DNA from: an uncultured Candidatus Saccharibacteria bacterium
Lineage (GTDB): Bacteria; Patescibacteriota; Minisyncoccia; SW-4-49-11
DNA: 64,000 bases
NCBI GenBank assembly: GCA_964633865.1
Contig: CAZWIJ010000004.1
Location: forward strand, 35,543 to 99,542
Reading direction: 5' to 3'
In this document: positions 48,748 to 59,256 of the stretch, piece by piece
Layout of the letters: the number at the start of each line of letters is the position of its first letter
Position numbering within the stretch: position 1 is the first letter of the stretch
The notes under the pieces: generated by a model
Told to the model about the DNA's origin: nothing
What the model saw: the letters and a program-made list of their open reading frames with translations, nothing else
Databases searched by the model: none
Translations under genes and position numbers: made by a program

Positions 48748-50445
48748 TTACTCTTTTAAAAATTTTTCTGGAATTTTTACAACTCTAACCAATTCTTCAA
48801 AGTTAGTAATTCCTTTTTTTACTTTATCCAATCCATCCTCAAACATAGATATATATTCTTCCTCATTTATAATTGACTGTACTGATTTTATATTCTCAGC
48901 TAAAGCATCTTTCATATCATGAGTAATAGCTAAAACTTCAAATACTGCTGTTCTTCCTTTATATCCAGTAAATCCACATTCTCTACACCCTTTGCCATTA
49001 AAGACATTTATTTTAGTTTTTGGAAAAACTTTAAATATACCCGGAACAATCTTTTTTAACTCCGCAATAGACATTTCTTTACTATATTTACAATGAGGAC
49101 AAATAGTTCTAATTAGTCTTTGAGAAATAATTAAATCTATAGTAGATGAAAGTAAAAATGGCTCTATGCCCATGTCATAAAGTCTAGGTAAAGTAGATAT
49201 AGCATCATTTGCATGAAATGTAGATAAAACTAAATGACCAGTTAAAGCAGAGTTGACCGCAATTTCAGCTGTTTCATTATCTCTTATTTCACCAACTAAA
49301 ATAACATCTGGATCTTGTCTAACAATCGATCTTAAAGCTTTAGCAAAAGTTATATTTTTTTGCTCATTTACTTGAATTTGATTTACTCTGTCTATTCTAT
49401 ATTCTACGGGATCTTCAATAGTAGTAATATTGACTTTAGTATCAATCAAATCTCTAATAGCAGCATATAGAGTTGTTGTTTTTCCTGACCCTGTAGGACC
49501 ACTTACTAAAATTAGCCCGAAAGGATTTTTTAGATTATCATTAATTAATTTAAAAGCTTTATCAGATAAACCTATAGAATCTAAACCTAAATCACTTACA
49601 TACCTAAATAGGATTCTAACAACAACTTTTTCACCATCCATAACTGGAGCAACCGAGATTCTCATATCAACCGTTGTGTTTTTTTTAGTCAAATACCTGA
49701 TTGAACCATCCTGAGTTTCAAAATGCTCATCAAGTCTTAATTTAGAAAGTACTTTTAATCTGTTAACAATATTCTCATAAAAATTTTTAGGCAGAATACC
49801 AATATCATGCAAAACTCCATCTATACGAAATCTAATAACAACATCTTCCGAAAATGGTTCAAAATGTATATCAGAAGCTTTTTGAGCAAGAGCATCTTCA
49901 AATATTTCTTTCACTATGTCAGGAACAACTTGCTCTCCTTTTGATACAATTTCAGATATTCTGTCAGAAAAATTATTTTTATATAATAAAAAGGAATCTT
50001 CTATTGAATTTGGCAAAGAATAACCTAATTTAACTTCTTTATCAGGGAAAATTTCTTTTATTATAGAAATTAACTTTTCATCAGGATTACTAGTGGCCAC
50101 AAATATTTCCATCTTACTCTCTGCAAAAGGGACTATTTTATATTTATTAGCTATGTCATAATTTATTTTTTTTACTAAATCTGTACTTGGAGGAAATGAT
50201 TTTAGATCAAATAAATTTAGAGAATAAAACTCAGACATAGCCTGACCAACAAGGTCTGATGTTACTATATTAGAAGATATTAATATAGTATAAGCTTCAT
50301 CAAAACTTTTATCAGAGAAATCTACCTGTAAATCATCAATATCATCTTGCTCAATATAATTTTGTTTAACAATGATATTAACAAGGTCTAGACCTGTTAT
50401 CTCTTTAATTTCTATTTCTTTATTTTTAAAAATTGGATTTTGCAT
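48748..50445 (-). CDS. pilB: Type IV pilus assembly ATPase (PilB/GspE)
   Basis: ASDIHFEP, GPTGSGKTT, TIEDPVE, RQDPDVILVGEIRD, Zn motifs CPHC and CREC. Confidence 0.93.
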   Translation of the reverse strand: MQNPIFKNKEIEIKEITGLDLVNIIVKQNYIEQDDIDDLQVDFSDKSFDEAYTILISSNIVTSDLVGQAMSEFYSLNLFDLKSFPPSTDLVKKINYDIANKYKIVPFAESKMEIFVATSNPDEKLISIIKEIFPDKEVKLGYSLPNSIEDSFLLYKNNFSDRISEIVSKGEQVVPDIVKEIFEDALAQKASDIHFEPFSEDVVIRFRIDGVLHDIGILPKNFYENIVNRLKVLSKLRLDEHFETQDGSIRYLTKKNTTVDMRISVAPVMDGEKVVVRILFRYVSDLGLDSIGLSDKAFKLINDNLKNPFGLILVSGPTGSGKTTTLYAAIRDLIDTKVNITTIEDPVEYRIDRVNQIQVNEQKNITFAKALRSIVRQDPDVILVGEIRDNETAEIAVNSALTGHLVLSTFHANDAISTLPRLYDMGIEPFLLSSTIDLIISQRLIRTICPHCKYSKEMSIAELKKIVPGIFKVFPKTKINVFNGKGCRECGFTGYKGRTAVFEVLAITHDMKDALAENIKSVQSIINEEEYISMFEDGLDKVKKGITNFEELVRVVKIPEKFLKE

Positions 50446-50494
50446 ATATTTTAGTTATTTTTAATGGTTTTATTTATTATATCAAATTTTTTAT

Positions 50495-50887
50495 TTATTT
50501 ACTATCATATAAATAAAAGTTTACTATTTCTAATATTTTATTTAAAGGCATCTCCGATTTTATATAATAAGCTGTTGCCCCAAGATCTTTAACTCTTAAC
50601 TTGTCTTCTGGTTGACCTAGATTAGATAGAATAATAATAGGAATCTCTTTATTTTTTTGTCTAATAGCTTTTAGCACTCCAAATCCATCTATTTCTGGCA
50701 CAATTAAATCTAAAAGGACTATATGTATATTAGAATCAAACAAATTAATAGCCTCTCTTCCATTATAAGTTGTGAGAATATCATAACCTGCTGATCTTAA
50801 CTTTAATTCCAAAGCCTTAGCTAAAGGCTTTTCATCTTCACAAATCAAAATTTTTCTCTTATTATCTAATTTTTCTATTTTATCCAT
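50495..50887 (-). CDS. Single-domain response regulator receiver
   Basis: ED acidic pair, LLDL (phospho-Asp), P.IDG, SNL, GA..Y.IK. Confidence 0.92.
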   Translation of the reverse strand: MDKIEKLDNKRKILICEDEKPLAKALELKLRSAGYDILTTYNGREAINLFDSNIHIVLLDLIVPEIDGFGVLKAIRQKNKEIPIIILSNLGQPEDKLRVKDLGATAYYIKSEMPLNKILEIVNFYLYDSK

Positions 50888-51037
50888 TTTTATCCATATT
50901 TAAATTTATAATATATAATTTTTTAAAATACTTACTCATAATTATACATTAGAATAAACCAAAATACAATAAAAAATTATTTTATTTTATTATATTTTAT
51001 AGTATAATATATATATTAAAGATAATTTAAATATTTT

Positions 51038-51979
51038 ATGATATACGATACTATTATTATTGGTGGTGGTCCCACTGGAACTGCATCCGCTGTATATGCC
51101 GCAAGAAAACAAATGAAAACTTTATTAATAACAGAAAGCTTTGGAGGGCAATCTATCGTATCAAATGACATTGATAATTGGATTGGAGATATCAAATTAA
51201 CTGGATTTGAGCTTGCACAAAAATTTGAAAAACATGTTAAAGCTCAATCTAATATTGATATAATTGAAGGTGATTTAGCTAATAAAATCACAAAAATTGA
51301 TTCTGTTAAAAATTACCCTATCTATCAAGTAGACACAGAAAATGGAAAATCTTTTCAAGCAAAGACTTTGATTTTAGGTTTAGGAGCAAAGAGAAGAAAA
51401 TTAGGTTTAGAAAGAGAAGAAGAACTAACAGGAAAAGGAGTTGCTTATTGTGCTACTTGCGATGCTCCATTTTTCTCTAATGTTCCGGTTGGGGTTGTTG
51501 GTAGTGGGAACTCTGGATTAGAAAGTGCTTTAGATCTACTTAGCTATGCTTCAGAAGTATATCTTTTTAATAGAACTGAAAATATAAAAGGTGATCCTGA
51601 TAAAGTGGATAAACTTAATACCTATCCGAATTTCAAAGGATTTATCCATAATAGTCAAGTCTCTAAATTTATTGGGGAGACAAAATTAGAAAGTATAGAG
51701 TATACAAATTTAATCAATAATGAAGTAAAATCTTTACCATTACAAGGACTATTTATAGAAATTGGTTCAATTCCTAACTCAGAGATGGTAAAAGATTTAG
51801 TAAATATTAATTCTTATGGTGAAATTATAATAGATCACAAATATTCATCTACTTCAGCTCCTGGAATATTTGCTGCTGGAGATGTTACTGATGAAGCTTA
51901 TAAACAAAATAATATATCTGCTGGAGATGCTGTTAAAGCTACCTTATCAGCATATCATTATATCCATAATTTAAAGTAA
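51038..51979 (+). CDS. trxB: Thioredoxin reductase-like flavoprotein
   Basis: GGGPTG, CATCD, GSGNSG, FAAGDV. Confidence 0.88.
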   Translation: MIYDTIIIGGGPTGTASAVYAARKQMKTLLITESFGGQSIVSNDIDNWIGDIKLTGFELAQKFEKHVKAQSNIDIIEGDLANKITKIDSVKNYPIYQVDTENGKSFQAKTLILGLGAKRRKLGLEREEELTGKGVAYCATCDAPFFSNVPVGVVGSGNSGLESALDLLSYASEVYLFNRTENIKGDPDKVDKLNTYPNFKGFIHNSQVSKFIGETKLESIEYTNLINNEVKSLPLQGLFIEIGSIPNSEMVKDLVNINSYGEIIIDHKYSSTSAPGIFAAGDVTDEAYKQNNISAGDAVKATLSAYHYIHNLK

Positions 51980-51984
51980 TCATC

Positions 51985-52512
51985 ATGTCAGGACATAATA
52001 AATGGTCTAAAATTAAGCATAAAAAGGCTATTACAGATAAGGCTAAAGGTCAAAATTTTACTAAAATTGCTAAAATGATCAAAATCGCAGCTAGGAAAGG
52101 TGTTGATCCTCAAAAAAATTCTGAACTAAGATTGTCTTTAGAAAAAGCAAAAGAAGTAAATATGCCGAAAGATAATATACAAAGAATACTTGATAAAGCA
52201 GATAAAAATGATGGGCAAGAAATATTATATGAAGCATTTGCTAATGATGGTGTAGGTTTATTAATAAAAGCTTATACTGATAATGTAAATAGAACTGTGG
52301 CAGAGTTAAGACATACTCTAACAAAAAATGGAGGTTCTCTTGGAAATCCAGGTACTGTTATGTGGATGTTTGAAGAAATTCTTTATCTCAATGACTATAA
52401 AGTTAAAATTCCTGTAAAGTTAACAGAAGAATCTAGACAAAAATTAGATTCTATAATTGATTCTCTGGAAGAATTAGATGATATAGAAAATATTTGGGAT
52501 AATGCAGAATAA
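51985..52512 (+). CDS. yebC: YebC/PmpR family protein (short form)
   Basis: MSGHNKWSKIKHKK, NMPKDNI, TDNVNRT, LEELDDI. Confidence 0.92.
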   Translation: MSGHNKWSKIKHKKAITDKAKGQNFTKIAKMIKIAARKGVDPQKNSELRLSLEKAKEVNMPKDNIQRILDKADKNDGQEILYEAFANDGVGLLIKAYTDNVNRTVAELRHTLTKNGGSLGNPGTVMWMFEEILYLNDYKVKIPVKLTEESRQKLDSIIDSLEELDDIENIWDNAE

Positions 52513-53017
52513 AGATAAATCACCTTATAGAATTTTAGGTATAGACCCTGGTACAGCCACAACTGGATTTGGGATTATTGATTGTGGAACAAGTAAAATT
52601 AATGACACTGTAGACTATGGTGTCATAAAAACTGAATCACATTTCTCAGATTCTCAAAGACTAAAAATAATCAATCAAAGCTTAGATGAAATTTTTGAGA
52701 AATACAAACCTAACATTGTAGCTGTAGAAAAATTATTTTTCTTTAGAAATACAACTACGATAATAACCGTTGCACAAGCAAGAGGAGTTATATTACTTAA
52801 TATGGAATTAAAAAATATTCCTTTATTTGAATTTACCCCCCTACAAGTCAAACAAGCTTTAACAGGTTATGGAAAAGCAACAAAAAAACAAATGCAAGAG
52901 ATGGTTATGAAAAATTTAAACTTAAAATCAATACCTAAGCCTGATGATGCAGCAGATGGACTTGCTTTAGCAATTTGCTGTCAATCTTCACTTTCTTATC
53001 TTTTAAAAACAAAATGA
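52502..53017 (+). CDS. ruvC: Holliday junction resolvase RuvC
   Basis: LGIDPG, AVEKLFF, QARGV, KPDDAADGLA. Confidence 0.95.
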   Translation: MQNKDKSPYRILGIDPGTATTGFGIIDCGTSKINDTVDYGVIKTESHFSDSQRLKIINQSLDEIFEKYKPNIVAVEKLFFFRNTTTIITVAQARGVILLNMELKNIPLFEFTPLQVKQALTGYGKATKKQMQEMVMKNLNLKSIPKPDDAADGLALAICCQSSLSYLLKTK

Positions 53018-53020
53018 TAA

Positions 53021-53464
53021 TCAACCACTAACTTCTATCGATATATCTAATTCTGGATTAATTACATCCACCCAAATTTTATTATCCAAAATTCTTAATC
53101 TATATCCAGTTCCATCAATTTCATCTTCATCTAAAGGATCTTCTGGAATAGATTCAAAGTATTCACTCTTTAATAAAGATAAATCCAGATAACCTGAACA
53201 ATCTATCGCCTTATCATCACAAATTTCCTGATATTGATCAGTTATTCCAGCAGGGTATGATCCTTCTAATGATCTATATTTCAAAATTACGGAGATTATT
53301 TCTTGAACATCTAATCGTCTTTGATTATTTCTTTGTTTCTGTAATCTATTTGTACTATTAACCACAATTAATATTCCACCTAATAAAATACCAATAATTG
53401 AAATAGTTAATATCATTTCTAAAACTGTGAAAGCTGTTTTATTATTATTTATTTTTGTTCTCAT
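53021..53464 (-). CDS. Type IV pilin-like protein
   Basis: TA|FTVLE, RNNQR..D, EIC..C, IPEDP, TGY. Confidence 0.85.
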   Translation of the reverse strand: MRTKINNNKTAFTVLEMILTISIIGILLGGILIVVNSTNRLQKQRNNQRRLDVQEIISVILKYRSLEGSYPAGITDQYQEICDDKAIDCSGYLDLSLLKSEYFESIPEDPLDEDEIDGTGYRLRILDNKIWVDVINPELDISIEVSG

Positions 53465-53486
53465 AAGATATTAAATTTTATACTTA

Positions 53487-54773
53487 TTAATTTGACCTAA
53501 GTGCATTAATTGGATTTAGAAATGCTGCTTTTAATGCTGGATATAAACCTGATATAATACCAACAAGAATACTTCCTAATACTATATAAAGTGTTATTTT
53601 TATATCAAAATTAAAGAATTGTTCCAGCTCAAATCCAGAATTTTGAAGAGCAGATACAACATAAGGATCTCCTATTCTCATAGATACATATACTATCAAA
53701 AGACCTAAAGATCCTCCTAATAAACCAATAAATCCTGATTGAACTAAAAATATAAATAATATTTGCCAATTAGAAGCTCCCATAGATTTTATAATTCCAA
53801 TTTCTTTAGTTTGTTCATAAATACTCATTACCATTGTATTCATAATTCCAACTGAAGCAACTAATCCAGATACTAAACCAAATACTACCAAAACTAATGT
53901 AAATGCACTTAATATTTGATTAAAAAATCCTAATATATCATCAGCTGTAAATATAGAAGCAAAATTATAATCTGTCTCTAAAAATTCTTTAAACTCCACC
54001 ACCTTATCATTATTAACAGATATTCTCATCATATCATATCCAATATCTTGAATAAATTCTTCCTTAGAATCAAATCCACCTATATTAGCTAATATTTCTG
54101 CTGATTTATCTAATGAAATTATAAAGTCATTTTGATCTCTACCTGGATCATATACACCTTTGATAGTTAGTTCAAAACTTTTATTTAAAGTTTCTTTTGT
54201 TTTTATTGAACCAAAAGTACTAGTCTCAGCAGTATTTAAAGTTAATTTTTTACCAATCAAGTCTTCTGGATTTTCTATATTATATAATTTTGTAAAACTT
54301 ATTGAAACAAAAGCTTCGTCACCTTTAGGCATTTCTGTATTCCCATAAAATTCAGTAAAATAGCTATCTTTTCCATCTATATCCCAGCCAGAACCAAAAG
54401 ATGGTCTTAGAGGTTTATCATATCCTTCAATCTTTCCTTCAAGAGAAGTAATAACTGTCATAGGAGATATTTTTTCAACTTCTGATTTTTCTTTTAAAGT
54501 ATTAATTAAATCATCATTTATTTTAGTTAATGGTTTCTCTTCTTTTTCTTCTTCTCCAGCAGAACCAGTTACCAATGCTGCTCCAGCTGAATTACTAACA
54601 AAAACTTCATTTGGCTTAAATTGAGATTGGAATGAATTAGTAATAAGAGTTTGTAAATCTCTCATCCCAAAAATAATAAGTGATAATAATATAACTGCTA
54701 TTGTTATACCCAAACTAGTCAAGATTGTTCTTAGTTTTCTTCTTAGAACTAAAGATATTGCATATTGAAACAT
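53487..54773 (-). CDS. MacB/FtsX-like ABC transporter permease
   Basis: RKLRTILTSLGI, GIMNTMVMSIYE.TKEIGIIK.MGA, YPALKAA.LNP..AL. Confidence 0.9.
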   Translation of the reverse strand: MFQYAISLVLRRKLRTILTSLGITIAVILLSLIIFGMRDLQTLITNSFQSQFKPNEVFVSNSAGAALVTGSAGEEEKEEKPLTKINDDLINTLKEKSEVEKISPMTVITSLEGKIEGYDKPLRPSFGSGWDIDGKDSYFTEFYGNTEMPKGDEAFVSISFTKLYNIENPEDLIGKKLTLNTAETSTFGSIKTKETLNKSFELTIKGVYDPGRDQNDFIISLDKSAEILANIGGFDSKEEFIQDIGYDMMRISVNNDKVVEFKEFLETDYNFASIFTADDILGFFNQILSAFTLVLVVFGLVSGLVASVGIMNTMVMSIYEQTKEIGIIKSMGASNWQILFIFLVQSGFIGLLGGSLGLLIVYVSMRIGDPYVVSALQNSGFELEQFFNFDIKITLYIVLGSILVGIISGLYPALKAAFLNPINALRSN

Positions 54774-54885
54774 ATTTTTAGATTATTATTTTTATAAATG
54801 CTTTTGTACATTTATATTATAGCATATTTTTATTTTTTATGTAAAATATATTAAATATCCTATTTACAAAATTATAGATCTTAAA

Positions 54886-54917
54886 TAAAAAAGCATACTT
54901 ATTTTATTAAGTATGCT
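54886..54917 (-). terminator. groEL intrinsic terminator
   Basis: AGCATACTTA...TAAGTATGCT stem with a T-tract on the minus strand. Confidence 0.75.
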
Positions 54918-54944
54918 CCTCTTTTGTTATAAGATTAAAGAATC

Positions 54945-56600
<1,656 letters not shown>

Positions 56601-56607
56601 TTATAAT

Positions 56608-56895
56608 TTAGATTATTGCCAATAATTCTTCTTCTTTGGTAATAAGATATTCTTCTCCTTCCAAAGTAATTTCTGTAGGTCCATATTTTGAAAAAAGAAC
56701 TGTATCTCCAACTTTAACTTTAAGAGGCTTAATTTCACCATTAGATAAAATTTTTCCTTCTCCAACTGCAATAATTTCACCAATCTGTGGTCTTTCTTTA
56801 TCTACTGTTTCTGGTATATAAATTCCGCTCTCAGTTTTTTCTTTCTTGGCTTGTGGCTTTATTACCACTCTATCATATAGAGGCTTTATATTCAT
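56608..56895 (-). CDS. groS: Co-chaperonin GroES
   Basis: KPLYDRV, SGIYIP, AVGEG, KVGD. Confidence 0.98.
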   Translation of the reverse strand: MNIKPLYDRVVIKPQAKKEKTESGIYIPETVDKERPQIGEIIAVGEGKILSNGEIKPLKVKVGDTVLFSKYGPTEITLEGEEYLITKEEELLAII

Positions 56896-56925
56896 ATATT
56901 TAATCTTAATTATAATTATTAATTT

Positions 56926-56952
56926 TTAGCAGTCTATATATTATTCTGCTAA
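56926..56952. promoter_or_regulatory. CIRCE-like (HrcA) operator
   Basis: TTAGCAGTC-N9-TTCTGCTAA versus consensus TTAGCACTC-N9-GAGTGCTAA, between promoter and groES. Confidence 0.8.
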
Positions 56953-56959
56953 TAACTAT

Positions 56960-56988
56960 ATTATAATCTATCAAAAAAATCTTGTCAA
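56960..56988 (-). promoter_or_regulatory. groESL promoter
   Basis: Minus strand TTGACA-17-TATAAT. Confidence 0.85.
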
Positions 56989-57165
56989 GTATTTTTATGT
57001 TGTGATTTCATATAAAAAGGAAGAGTATATTTCTATAATCTTTTCTAAAATTATCTAACTCTTAGTCCATATTCACAATTTATGTTTATTATAAATCTTA
57101 TACTTAAAAACTATTAAAAAATAACATGCTCTATACTTTTAATTAATTGTTACATTTATCATACT

Positions 57166-58281
57166 CTATTCTATAGATTTTCTTTTATAGGTATAAAACC
57201 AAGTTGATAAACCTAAAGCTAATATACCTGATAACCTTAATACTATAATTTCAAATTGAATATCCATTAAACCATTATTTCTAGTTAAAATAGATTCCAT
57301 AGCTTTAGTACTCCATTTGGTTGGAATAAAATCATTAAAAGCTAAGGTTTTACCAAATAATTTAAACTCCAAAGCAGAGTCAATTCCAACAATAAAAGAA
57401 CCTGATAAAAATCCTAAAATAATAGATAGAATATTTGCAGTATTATTAGATGACTCCATTTTATTGTAAAATGTACCAATAAGTATACCTATTCCGATAA
57501 CAAAAAACAATGTTAAGGAAGCTGGAATAAAGGCTAATAACAAATTTCCTGTAGGATTATATCCAAATACTTGAGCAGTAATATATAAAATAACCACCTG
57601 AATTAAACCAATTATTAAATAAAATAAAAAATTACCTAATACTAATTCAAAACTGGAAACTCTAGAATTATTATATCGGAAAATTTGGTTTTTCTCAGAA
57701 ATCTCAGTCCATTTTTGTGCTATTCCTGGCATTAAAATCAAAATCCCATAAACAATTAATCCAGGAGCTAATATATCAAAAGGATTTTTTACTTGCTGAG
57801 AAGTTTTGATTACTGTGCTAGTAATTGGAGAACTATTCTGAAAATAGATATTTGTTAATATTTCTTTAATGGTATTAGCTTTAATAGAATTTTCCAAATT
57901 ATTATCATTAAACATAACTTCAAATTGTGGTTGATTCATTTTTTCTGTTAATTTAATTCCTACTGTTATTTCTCCATCTTTGATTTTATCTTCTAATTCC
58001 TGTAAACTACCAAAATTCTTAACTTGGAATTCTAAATCTTCTGATTCTTTAGAAATTTCTTCAATATTTGTAACCAAATTTAGATTTTCTATCATATCTT
58101 TAGGGATATCGGGGTTAGTATAAACTCCTAAAGAAAAATCTAATTTATTTACCTGACTACCTAATAATAATCCAAATATACCCATAAAAACTATTGGTAA
58201 TATAAACATTATTCCTGTAGAATTAAAATTACGAAATATAGATTTAAAATTATAGATAAATATACTAAATATTGTTGACAT
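57166..58281 (-). CDS. ABC-2 type exporter permease
   Basis: N-terminal TM, extracellular loop, APGL, five C-terminal TMs, FLSGSF. Confidence 0.85.
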   Translation of the reverse strand: MSTIFSIFIYNFKSIFRNFNSTGIMFILPIVFMGIFGLLLGSQVNKLDFSLGVYTNPDIPKDMIENLNLVTNIEEISKESEDLEFQVKNFGSLQELEDKIKDGEITVGIKLTEKMNQPQFEVMFNDNNLENSIKANTIKEILTNIYFQNSSPITSTVIKTSQQVKNPFDILAPGLIVYGILILMPGIAQKWTEISEKNQIFRYNNSRVSSFELVLGNFLFYLIIGLIQVVILYITAQVFGYNPTGNLLLAFIPASLTLFFVIGIGILIGTFYNKMESSNNTANILSIILGFLSGSFIVGIDSALEFKLFGKTLAFNDFIPTKWSTKAMESILTRNNGLMDIQFEIIVLRLSGILALGLSTWFYTYKRKSIE

Positions 58282-58306
58282 AAATTTGTTAATTATTATT
58301 GTAATG

Positions 58307-59248
58307 CTATTCTCTAACCTCTTTACCTGTTAATAATAAGAAAATATCTTCTAAAGTTGGCTCTTTAACATTTATATTAAAAATCTTTAAGTTTTCTTTT
58401 TTAACTAAATCGATAGCTTGATTTAAACTTTTACTGATATCTTGAATTAAAATCGAAACTGTTTGTTTATTTAAGGTTGCATTACTAAATAAATTTTTAA
58501 AAATTTTTCTAGATTTTTCCAAATAAATCTTATCTGTAGAATTAAGATGAATTTGAAGAATATTTCCTTGACTATGCTTTGCTTTTAACTCTGAGACAGT
58601 TCCTTCTGTAACTAATTTCCCAGAATCTATAATTACAACATAATCTGCTAATTTTTCAGCCTGATCTAAATAATGATCTGTCAATAGTATTGCTTGCTCT
58701 TTTTTATTAGCTAATTTTTGAATGTATTCAGTGAGCAAAATCCTACTTTGAGCATCTATGCCTGGAGTTGGCTCATCCAAAAATATTACTTTAGGATTAT
58801 GAAGAACTGAAATAGCAAGATTTAATCTTCTTTTATATCCACCAGATAAGTTTTTTGCTAAATTATTAATTTCAGGAGTCAATCTAAGATCATTTATTAT
58901 ATCTTTAATTCTAAGTTCTGCTGTTATTCTAGGGATTTTATATAAACTAGCAGTATATTTTAAATTTTCTAAAATAGTTAGATCATCCCATATTATAATT
59001 TCTTGGGGCATTATACCTATCTTAGATCTGAGTTCTGTAGGAAAACTAGAGTATTCTTTACTATTAATAAAAATACTTCCTGATGTAGGTTTAATTCTAC
59101 CGGTTAGCATTTTAATAATAGTTGATTTACCTGATCCATTAGGACCTAATAAAGCTAAAATTTGTCCTGGGATAAGATCTAAATTTATATCTGTAACAAC
59201 TTTTTTTGTTCCATATTTTTTGTTCAAATTCTTAGTAATTATATGCAT
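58307..59248 (-). CDS. ABC-2 type exporter ATP-binding protein
   Basis: GPNGSGKST, LSGGYKRR, FLDEPT, PTLEDIFL. Confidence 0.93.
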   Translation of the reverse strand: MHIITKNLNKKYGTKKVVTDINLDLIPGQILALLGPNGSGKSTIIKMLTGRIKPTSGSIFINSKEYSSFPTELRSKIGIMPQEIIIWDDLTILENLKYTASLYKIPRITAELRIKDIINDLRLTPEINNLAKNLSGGYKRRLNLAISVLHNPKVIFLDEPTPGIDAQSRILLTEYIQKLANKKEQAILLTDHYLDQAEKLADYVVIIDSGKLVTEGTVSELKAKHSQGNILQIHLNSTDKIYLEKSRKIFKNLFSNATLNKQTVSILIQDISKSLNQAIDLVKKENLKIFNINVKEPTLEDIFLLLTGKEVRE

Positions 59249-59256
59249 AAATTTAT

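Noticed and set aside
54837-54852. 16-mer TTATGTAAAATATATT identical to 21271-21286
   Set aside because: Almost pure A/T, so expected by chance. Here it is explained as a -35 box (TTTACA) for the permease gene, and the second arm is absent.
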